The position numbers and the translations under genes were made by a program. The notes under the pieces are model-generated. The model was not told where the DNA came from and searched no databases. It saw nothing but the letters and a program-made list of their open reading frames with translations. From Clostridiaceae bacterium (GTDB lineage Bacteria; Bacillota; Clostridia; DSM-8532), in contig DUNT01000050.1 of NCBI GenBank assembly GCA_012839205.1, positions 3,965-67,964 of the forward strand: a DNA stretch of 64,000 nt, in the 5' to 3' direction. Below are positions 42,028-49,667 of the stretch, one piece after another; position 1 is the stretch's first letter, and every line of letters starts with the position of its first letter.

Positions 42028-42837
42028 ATGCAGGTTGCGTTCTGGTCAAATATGCACGGGCAAGGTGCCACAAGCGCTGCAACTGCAGCGGTTGCTTCTG
42101 TCATTGCGCAAAAAACAGCATTAAGAACCCTGATTGCTCATAACCAAATTGAAAAAAGTGCCATAGAAGGCTACTTGTTTAAAGAACCAAAGCAGCATAA
42201 CAGTATCAGAAACTTAAACAATCAGGGTATTGACGCACTTTTAAGACTGGTTAAAAACGGAAGACTCAAAACGGAGATGATTGCAGACTACACATATTCT
42301 ATCCTGAGAAATCATCGGATGGACTTGCTTTTGGGGACTGAGAAAAAACAAAAAATGACACAGGAAGATCAGGAGCTTTTTTTAAGTATACTCAGCTTTG
42401 CAAAAGAATTTTATGATCTCATAATACTGGACGTCCACAGCGGTCTAAAAGAGAATAATAGTTTGAGCCTCCTTAAAAGTTCGGACATAATAGTGTTTTG
42501 TATTAATCAGAACAGTTGTTTGCTGGATGATTTAGCCGGTATTTTTCATGAGCATGAGTTCCTGAAACAAAAGCAAGCAGCATTCGTTTTAGCGCGATAC
42601 GAAAAACATAGTGGCATAACAGGCGCAAGTATTGCGAGAAGGTATGGAATAAAGAAAAAATCTGTTTTTAAAATACCTAATTGTGCCCATTTAATGGATG
42701 CCTTGAACTCCGGAAGAGTATATGAATATGTTGCCTTTAATCACAATACAAAAAGAGGCGAAGAAAAAGAGGTGCTCGGCTCTTTAAACCGGCTCTGTGA
42801 GTATATTATTGAGGGGTGCGATAAAAATTGCCGCTGA
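42028..42837 (+). CDS. TadZ/CpaE-like MinD/ParA-fold protein with degenerate Walker A
   Basis: 269 aa. VAFWSNMHGQGATSAATAAVASVIA occupies the deviant-Walker-A position, and YDLIILDVHSG occupies the Walker-B position. It sits immediately upstream of the CpaF-like ATPase, as in Tad loci. Confidence 0.6.
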   Translation: MQVAFWSNMHGQGATSAATAAVASVIAQKTALRTLIAHNQIEKSAIEGYLFKEPKQHNSIRNLNNQGIDALLRLVKNGRLKTEMIADYTYSILRNHRMDLLLGTEKKQKMTQEDQELFLSILSFAKEFYDLIILDVHSGLKENNSLSLLKSSDIIVFCINQNSCLLDDLAGIFHEHEFLKQKQAAFVLARYEKHSGITGASIARRYGIKKKSVFKIPNCAHLMDALNSGRVYEYVAFNHNTKRGEEKEVLGSLNRLCEYIIEGCDKNCR

Positions 42838-44702
42838 TGATGAACCTGATAATAATTATATTAATATTGTTTGGTCTGGGTATATCCCTGTACTTTTTCT
42901 TTGTTTCAAGAAAGTATTACAGAGAGACAGTGGAAAGAGAAGATCCCCAGAAGTACACAATTCCTGGTCTTATAGAATATGTTAAGGATTGTATTAATGA
43001 GATAACAAGAACAAATCTATTCGAGCTTGGTCTCAGTGAAGTGGAGTTTAAAAAGCAAACCAACCAAAGAGCCGAACTGAAGAAAGCTCTCAAAGTATGC
43101 ATGCATGGCTCCATAGTGGATAAGCAGTTTGTCAAGGCTTTTATCTATGATATTCTGCATGCTTATATTCCAAATGAGAAAACCAATTCAATTATCCCTT
43201 TTAATAACCCATACCTTCTTTCAACAAAGGATAAGTTTGCAATTCTGATTTACATGACAAAAAAGGAACATGGAGCCAATGCCCTTTCGTATCTGATTGA
43301 TACCTTTCAACTGGACAGGCTTAAGAAAAACGAAAATGGAGAGTATTCCTATTATATATCCAAACAAGAAATCAATGATATCTATAACAGAATGGACTTA
43401 ATTCTTACAGGGGAAGACAAACTTGAGATCATCACCCAAACTGTATATGAACAGTACAAAGGGTTAGGTGTCATAGATGAAATCAGGGATATGAATATTG
43501 ACGGGGTTTCTGCCGGGGTTTCAGGGGTACCCGAAGACTTCATCGAATTCTCAGATTTTAGGGAGCATATCAATGGAGTTAACCGCCACGAAAAAAACTA
43601 TGAAAGTATTTGGCTTTTTTATAAAGGAAAATCCATAAAACTTGATTTTATAGGTTTCGAAAGCGAAAGTGAGCTAAAAAGAGTTTGTCAGATAATATAC
43701 CGCTACAATCGGGGAGGTCAGCTTTCGGAGGCTACCGGCTACAGAGTCAACGAGATGAAGGACGGAAGCCGTATTTTGGTTGTTAGGCCACCGTTTTCTG
43801 AATCATGGGCATTCTTTGTCCGCAAATTTTATATTAAAAACGTAACGCTGGAAACGCTTATACAAGATGAAAACGCTTATTTGCCTATTAATCTGATCAA
43901 ATACATCGTAAAGGGCGGTATGATTACTGCTGTAACAGGGCAGCAAGGAAGCGGGAAAACCACAATGCTTATGGCTATGATTGAACATATTTATGCCACA
44001 TTAACTCTTCGTATTCAGGAAATGGCCTTTGAACTTAATCTCAGAAAACTATATCCCAGAAGAAATATTCTGTCCTTCAGAGAAACCGAAACAATTTCAG
44101 GACAAATGGGTCTTGATATTCAGAAAAAGACAGATGGCAGCGTAAACATACTTGGTGAAGTGGCCACCGACCCGGTGGCGGCATGGATGATACAAATGTC
44201 TCAGGTGGCTTCGTTATTTACCCTCTTTACCCATCATGCCAAAACCACGCGGGATCTGGTTTATTCGCTTAGAAACTCATTATTAAAATGCGAGATGTTT
44301 AATAATGAGAAAATAGCTGAACAGCAGGTAGTATCGGTTTTAGATTTTGACATACATCTTGCAAGAGACTATGAAGGTAATAGATATATTGAACGCATCA
44401 CTGAGATAGTAGAGCTTCCGGACATACCTCTGCCTGGTGATTTTGTCTATAAAATTAATCTCAGCGAAAAAACAGCTTCTTTCATGGAAACCACTGCTGA
44501 GTATTATAACAAGATGACTGACAAGAAAATCTTTGAGTGTCGTAATATTATTGAGTTCAGAAATGGACAATATGTTGCGGTTAATCCTGTTACAGAAGAA
44601 AGAGCAGAGCAAATGAAACGGGCAATGACAAGGAAAGATGCTCAGCAATTCGATGATTATATGTATAAGTATTTTAGCCTGCAAAGTGAGGTGAGAGTAT
44701 GA
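42828..44702 (+). CDS. CpaF/TadA-like (T2SS-E/VirB11 superfamily) secretion ATPase with N-terminal TM anchor
   Basis: 624 aa. The N-terminus LIIIILILFGLGISLYFFFV is hydrophobic. YKGLGVIDEIRDMNIDGVSAG aligns with the CpaF GLGPLEPLL...DImVNG block. Walker A is GQQGSGKTT, the Walker-B region is ILGEV, and the His-box-like segment is FTLFTHHAKT. Confidence 0.8.
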   Translation: MPLMMNLIIIILILFGLGISLYFFFVSRKYYRETVEREDPQKYTIPGLIEYVKDCINEITRTNLFELGLSEVEFKKQTNQRAELKKALKVCMHGSIVDKQFVKAFIYDILHAYIPNEKTNSIIPFNNPYLLSTKDKFAILIYMTKKEHGANALSYLIDTFQLDRLKKNENGEYSYYISKQEINDIYNRMDLILTGEDKLEIITQTVYEQYKGLGVIDEIRDMNIDGVSAGVSGVPEDFIEFSDFREHINGVNRHEKNYESIWLFYKGKSIKLDFIGFESESELKRVCQIIYRYNRGGQLSEATGYRVNEMKDGSRILVVRPPFSESWAFFVRKFYIKNVTLETLIQDENAYLPINLIKYIVKGGMITAVTGQQGSGKTTMLMAMIEHIYATLTLRIQEMAFELNLRKLYPRRNILSFRETETISGQMGLDIQKKTDGSVNILGEVATDPVAAWMIQMSQVASLFTLFTHHAKTTRDLVYSLRNSLLKCEMFNNEKIAEQQVVSVLDFDIHLARDYEGNRYIERITEIVELPDIPLPGDFVYKINLSEKTASFMETTAEYYNKMTDKKIFECRNIIEFRNGQYVAVNPVTEERAEQMKRAMTRKDAQQFDDYMYKYFSLQSEVRV

Positions 44703-46732
44703 ATACATATGTCATAATCGGAGTGTCTTGCCTCTGTCTTGCGTTTATATTGATAATAGTAAACCTGGTTTATACAAAGAAAAGAAATAATTTGGGGGAA
44801 AACTTAAGACAGGCAGGAAAAAGGTATTTAACATTCTATATTTCACTGTATCGCAGATTCAGCAGGATTCCCATATTGAAAAAGCTCTTGCTGAATATCA
44901 GAAAAAGACTTGAAATATATACTGTTTCTGATGAAAGCAATATCAGAAAGACAACGGTTATTCTTCTTCTGCTTTCGGCTGCAGCGTATATATCCATTGT
45001 AATTGTTTTCTGGATTCTTACCCGGGACTTGCTGATTTTAATTCTGTTTGCAATACTTTTGTCTTTTATCGGAGACACAATAATAGAACTGTTTATAAGT
45101 AATCTCCAGGACAAGCTGCTCCGGCAGCAGATTAAATATCTGGAGCTTTTGAGACATAAATACTATGAGCAAAAATCTGTCGAAGATGCCAATCTGGAGG
45201 CATGTAACCTGCTGAACAGGGAAGGAACTTTTGAAGTTTATACTCAGGCAGAGCGGATAAATGACATTCTTTTTTCCAAAGATGTGGAAGAGGAGCTGGA
45301 GAAATATTACGAAACAGCCCCCAATAAATATTTTAAGATGCTGGCAGGTATAATCTTCATTACCAAGGAATATGGAGACACCTTTGTAAAGGATAGTTCT
45401 GTTTTTATCAGGTGCATAACATATCTTGGCAGCGAAATCAAAGCTGAATTGTATAAACGGGAAAAACTGAAATACGCTTTAAAGAGCCTGACCACCATAT
45501 CTCTTCTTCCCCTGTTCTTCTTAAAACCCTTAAGAAATTGGGCATCAGGAAGTTTCGCACCCCTGGAATCCTTTTATTCCAGCAGAATGGGCATTATCCT
45601 GGGCATGGCAACAATATTGACCTCAATCGTTTGCTATATGGTTTTAAGAAGGCTGCAGCGTTTTGATAATCATATAAGTACCGGATTTGTAAAAAAATCG
45701 TTTGAAGAACGGTTATATAAAAAATTTCTGCATTCTGCAGTGGACAGGCTGGTACCAAGACAGTATTCAAAGCAGTCACAATATTTGACAGAACTTATTA
45801 AAAACGCTATGGCACCTGTTAATATATATACACTGTATGTACGAAGACTTTTTATTGGTTTCATAGGGTTTGTTTTTGGTATTTTCATGTTTTTGGGGTT
45901 AAATGCATACACCAGATATTCGATTCTTTATTTGCCTCAAATGCCGGAAGGTTATCTGGGAGGGCAACTTTCAGCCCAAGAATACGAAAGGCTTAAAAGC
46001 ATCACAGATTTTGACAGGAAAATCATTCTGAGCTTAGGCAAAAACCTGAATGAGGATTTGGTACTGGAGAAATTGGATGAAAACCAACAATTGAATAGAC
46101 AGGAAGTAACAGCTGCTCATGAAAGAATCAATAAAAAAATTCATATGCTTTCCAATAATATATTCTGGTGGTGGCAGCTTATTATATGCTTCTTGTTTTT
46201 TATTGCAGGATATTGGGTTCCAATCATCAGTCTTGTTATTATGGCAAAGGCAAGAAGAATAGATATGGAAGATGAAGTATCTCAGTTTCAGACAATTATC
46301 CTTATGTTAATGCATATGAACAGGATTCACGTTCAGGAAATTCTGGAGTGGATGGAAGCCTTTTCAGTCCATTTTAAAGAACCCTTACAAAAATGTATCT
46401 TGAATTTCAGCTCGGGGCCGTATGAGGCACTGGAAGAGCTTAAAGCGGAAGTTGGGTTTTCTCCTTTTCTGGCTATAATAGACAATCTTCAGCTGGCCGC
46501 TGCAGACCTGGAGGTGGCAAAGGCCTTTGAAGAGCTGGAAAACGAGATGAGTTTTAATCGTGAAAGTCGTAAAGACACAAATGAAAGAATAGTGGAGAGA
46601 AAGAAAAACCTGGGTAATATTATAGGCTTTTTGCCAGCATATATGCTGATTATCCTATACCTTATAATCCCAATGATAGTATCGGGGATGAATAGTATTT
46701 CAGCATTTTATAAACAAATAATGCAAATATAA
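44699..46732 (+). CDS. Polytopic membrane protein, fused TadB/TadC-like (GspF/T2SS-F type) platform
   Basis: 677 aa with several TM clusters separated by two long helical cytoplasmic regions. The C-terminal third (FQTIILMLMH...EALEELKAEVGFSPFLAIIDNLQLA...NLGNIIGFLPAYMLIILYLIIPMI) follows the T2SS-F repeat pattern. ATGA overlap with the ATPase gene. Confidence 0.6.
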   Translation: MNTYVIIGVSCLCLAFILIIVNLVYTKKRNNLGENLRQAGKRYLTFYISLYRRFSRIPILKKLLLNIRKRLEIYTVSDESNIRKTTVILLLLSAAAYISIVIVFWILTRDLLILILFAILLSFIGDTIIELFISNLQDKLLRQQIKYLELLRHKYYEQKSVEDANLEACNLLNREGTFEVYTQAERINDILFSKDVEEELEKYYETAPNKYFKMLAGIIFITKEYGDTFVKDSSVFIRCITYLGSEIKAELYKREKLKYALKSLTTISLLPLFFLKPLRNWASGSFAPLESFYSSRMGIILGMATILTSIVCYMVLRRLQRFDNHISTGFVKKSFEERLYKKFLHSAVDRLVPRQYSKQSQYLTELIKNAMAPVNIYTLYVRRLFIGFIGFVFGIFMFLGLNAYTRYSILYLPQMPEGYLGGQLSAQEYERLKSITDFDRKIILSLGKNLNEDLVLEKLDENQQLNRQEVTAAHERINKKIHMLSNNIFWWWQLIICFLFFIAGYWVPIISLVIMAKARRIDMEDEVSQFQTIILMLMHMNRIHVQEILEWMEAFSVHFKEPLQKCILNFSSGPYEALEELKAEVGFSPFLAIIDNLQLAAADLEVAKAFEELENEMSFNRESRKDTNERIVERKKNLGNIIGFLPAYMLIILYLIIPMIVSGMNSISAFYKQIMQI

Positions 46733-46756
46733 ACCATGAATGCAGGAGGTAAAGCT

Positions 46757-47335
46757 ATGGAAGGCAATTTGTCTAAAGCACTTTGGCTGGGAGTCTCAAT
46801 TCTCCTTTTTATTGCAGTTGTAACTGTAGGGCTGAGTATTTTCGGAGGAATGAAAGAAGTGAGCAATCTGGCCAATGATCGTATTGGGTCCATATCCCAA
46901 AGCATGGCAGAGGAAGAATTCAGAATATATGACGGAAAGGAAGTAAGAGGGGATGATGTCCTTTCAGCACTGGGAACTTTTGGCGGCAGAAGCGGTGAAG
47001 TAATCGTCTTTGTGGCAACCTTGGGCTCCAATGGCGGAAATCCCGTAAATTTAAATCTTTCTACAGGCACCGGGTTAAACAGTTCCAGCTATAACCAATA
47101 CATTTCAAAAACAACAGGTACACTGAGGACAGACAATAAATGTGTAATACTGTCAGTAAACAGCGGCGAACTTCTGTCAAGCGTCAGTAAGACTGTTATG
47201 GATGCGGAAAGAAGGGACTGTGAGAATCCCAATCTTACATCCAAATATATCAATCCCTCCGGAAAATTTATGTCCCATTTAGTTTACGATACAAACTTAA
47301 AAATTCGTGGTGTAATCTTTGCACAAAAGGACTAA
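46757..47335 (+). CDS. Putative pilin-like protein (short polar N-terminus plus one hydrophobic helix)
   Basis: The ATG at 46757 lies 7 nt after AGGAGG. The N-terminus is MEGNLSKALWLGVSILLFIAVVTVGLSIFGG, followed by a ~160-aa Ser/Gly/Asn-rich soluble part. Confidence 0.5.
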   Translation: MEGNLSKALWLGVSILLFIAVVTVGLSIFGGMKEVSNLANDRIGSISQSMAEEEFRIYDGKEVRGDDVLSALGTFGGRSGEVIVFVATLGSNGGNPVNLNLSTGTGLNSSSYNQYISKTTGTLRTDNKCVILSVNSGELLSSVSKTVMDAERRDCENPNLTSKYINPSGKFMSHLVYDTNLKIRGVIFAQKD

Positions 47336-47337
47336 TT

Positions 47338-47760
47338 ATGAGTGGTAATATTGAAAAAATATTATATCTGGGTTTAGCAGTTGTTTTACTTGGGATGGCT
47401 TTTACATTTTTCTTTTCCGGCTATAACAACTACCGGGATTATATTACAAAAAGCAATATAATTATTAATGATGACAGGATGGTAGCTATTACAGAGGGGA
47501 AGGATAAGTCTGTAATAAACGGGACAGAGGTTATACATCAGGTGCTTGAATTCCAAAAACTTGAGCAAAATAATCAACTGCTTGATTTTTATTCGGATTT
47601 AACTGAATCTCCGTATCAAAGCCAAGCTGAAATATGGGTTTCCGGAATATATGCAATTGATATTAAAACATCAGATGTAGACGCTGCTTCCCTCTATGGT
47701 ATTGTATTTGAAAAAGACAATTCGGGACAAATAATAAAAGTCCAGTATAGCTTAAAGTAG
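47338..47760 (+). CDS. Putative pilin-like protein, N-terminal paralogue of the preceding gene
   Basis: 140 aa. The N-terminus MSGNIEKILYLGLAVVLLGMAFTFFF shares the pattern M-x-G-N-[LI]-x-K-x-L-[WY]-L-G with the previous ORF. Confidence 0.5.
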   Translation: MSGNIEKILYLGLAVVLLGMAFTFFFSGYNNYRDYITKSNIIINDDRMVAITEGKDKSVINGTEVIHQVLEFQKLEQNNQLLDFYSDLTESPYQSQAEIWVSGIYAIDIKTSDVDAASLYGIVFEKDNSGQIIKVQYSLK

Positions 47761-47773
47761 AAAAGGAGAGGAC

Positions 47774-48328
47774 ATGGACAGAGCTTTTTGGAAGGTACTG
47801 GCGTTTTTATTATGTGCTGTTTTAATGTTTTTGCTTCCTTTAATGACCATTTTGGACAGGCAGGATGATATTGCCTACAATATAGTTCTGACAGAGTGTA
47901 ACAGATTTGTCGATGCCTGCAGGGATACAGGGTATATAACACCGGGCATGTATTCTGAGTTTACGAATCGCATCAGATCAACGGGGAACACTTACAGTAT
48001 AAAACTGTCACATATAAAAAGGTCGGTAAGTCCGGTCTATAAACAGATTAACGGAGTTTTGGACTTCACGGGTGAATATGAAATAACCCATATAAACTAT
48101 GGCGAACATGACATATTGGGAGTCTTGTATCCAAATAATCCGGTGCAGTCAGAACATGATAAATCAAGACGCTATGATATGAGTATGGGCGACCTTCTTT
48201 TTGTCGAAGTTCAGAACAATGGCAAGACAATGGCAACAGCAATTCGTGACATGATGATGTTCAGGAATACTGATTATCCTGCTATATTTGTTCGTTCTGG
48301 AGGGATGATAAGAAATGAGGCTTACTAG
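47774..48328 (+). CDS. Hypothetical protein with N-terminal TM/signal-anchor helix (minor-pilin/TadE-like candidate)
   Basis: 184 aa behind an AGGAGAGG RBS. N-terminus MDRAFWKVLAFLLCAVLMFLLPLMTIL. Confidence 0.4.
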   Translation: MDRAFWKVLAFLLCAVLMFLLPLMTILDRQDDIAYNIVLTECNRFVDACRDTGYITPGMYSEFTNRIRSTGNTYSIKLSHIKRSVSPVYKQINGVLDFTGEYEITHINYGEHDILGVLYPNNPVQSEHDKSRRYDMSMGDLLFVEVQNNGKTMATAIRDMMMFRNTDYPAIFVRSGGMIRNEAY

Positions 48329-49316
48329 TTTAGCAATTACCTTCCTGATTATCGTTTCTCCCTTTATTTATATAAGTGCACAGGAAACTGAAGTTGCCAT
48401 ACAAGACCAAAGACTGAGGTATTATTACGACAATATAATAGATAACGCTGTTGCAGATGCTGCATTTATTCTTTCAAACAAGGGTACAGATTTTACATAT
48501 ACAGGTAATGTAAACATATCAGATGCCAGAAAACTTGCCGCTGAGGCCTTCTTTGATTCTGTATACTATTCATTCAATGCTAAGGGCAATCAATCTTTAA
48601 TGGCTCGGGTGGATGCCTGCATACCGGTTCTTGTTTTTTTGGAAAGTGAAGGCTTTTCTCTATACGTTCTTGATGAATATAAAAACATAAATGGACAAAA
48701 TGAGATCAAACATCTGTGGTTTCCTGTGCAACACTATATCGGAGAAGTTATATCCGACAGATTTGTTATTCGCTATACTCTTGAAAACAAAGTTTATGTA
48801 TTTGATATAATAGAACAGACTTTGATGGAAGGCGATTACAGCGAATTTAGAGATATAATTCCTTTCTTTAAAGAGAAGCAGGATTTTGAAAATCTACGAA
48901 TAACAGCTATAAAGAACTCTGTTGTAGAAAAGATTATGGCATATATGAATTATTATAATCAGTGGGCATTGGGGAAAAGTCTCTCTGTTAAGTTGGAATT
49001 CCCATCCATAGAAGATGCAGACTGGAAAAGAGCTCTTACAGATGAGGGTATAATGGTCTTTACTCAGGGATTTCCTGTCCTTTCAGGCAAAAACTATAAG
49101 CACTATGCTCTGGGGGCAGCAAGGGTTATAAGAAAAGCGCCCTTAACAGGTTATACTTACCAGGGGGTATTATATTATTGCCGAACAGATTGTGCCCACT
49201 TACAAAATACTGTTATTTCGGATATAGGCTTCAACCAGGATAGCATGACTTACTTTTCTAATGCATATGAGGCGGCTGCCAGCGGGTATTTTCCCTGTCC
49301 CTTCTGCCGCCCGTAA
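48315..49316 (+). CDS. Hypothetical protein with N-terminal TM helix and C-terminal Cys4 (Ada-like zinc-binding) motif
   Basis: 333 aa. N-terminus LTSLAITFLIIVSPFIYI. The C-terminus is YYCRTDCAHL...x29...GYFPCPFCRP. A 14-nt overlap with the preceding gene. Confidence 0.45.
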   Translation: MRLTSLAITFLIIVSPFIYISAQETEVAIQDQRLRYYYDNIIDNAVADAAFILSNKGTDFTYTGNVNISDARKLAAEAFFDSVYYSFNAKGNQSLMARVDACIPVLVFLESEGFSLYVLDEYKNINGQNEIKHLWFPVQHYIGEVISDRFVIRYTLENKVYVFDIIEQTLMEGDYSEFRDIIPFFKEKQDFENLRITAIKNSVVEKIMAYMNYYNQWALGKSLSVKLEFPSIEDADWKRALTDEGIMVFTQGFPVLSGKNYKHYALGAARVIRKAPLTGYTYQGVLYYCRTDCAHLQNTVISDIGFNQDSMTYFSNAYEAAASGYFPCPFCRP

Positions 49317-49362
49317 TAAGCAAAAGCATACTTGTATGTTGGCAGGAGTTAATCCATATTCT

Positions 49363-49520
49363 AAGAATAATGCGAGCAAAGATGTCATTCTGAAGGTCGC
49401 GAAGCGAAATGAAGAATCTTATGCGTTGACGTTTAAGATCCTTCGCTGACGCTCAGGATGACAATAACGTGATGTGAGAGATGGGATGTGAGAAGTGAGA
49501 TGTTTGCTCGTATTATTCTT
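49363..49520. repeat. 158-bp MITE/REP-like element with 18-bp terminal inverted repeats and nested internal inverted repeats
   Basis: AAGAATAATGCGAGCAAA (49363-49380) pairs with TTTGCTCGTATTATTCTT (49503-49520) at 17/18 positions. Inner arms are TGTCATTCTGA / TCAGGATGACA. There are short GATGTGAGA-like direct repeats. No coding capacity. Confidence 0.65.
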
Positions 49521-49667
49521 AATATGAGCTTTGCGAATATCAAGAAAGTTGCCGCCGCGGCAGCAAGGCAATTTTCTTAAAATACGAGTAACTAAAATAA
49601 TATTATTAATTTTATTTTGAGAAAATGGGTAATAAATAGGTAAACATAAATAAAGGAGGTTAGAGTT

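Noticed and set aside
49200-49449. Two 62-aa ORFs (49261-49449 on + and 49200-49388 on -)
   Set aside because: They overlap the 3' end of the last operon gene and the MITE-like repeat. They have no RBS and are typical of spurious ORFs over intergenic repeats.
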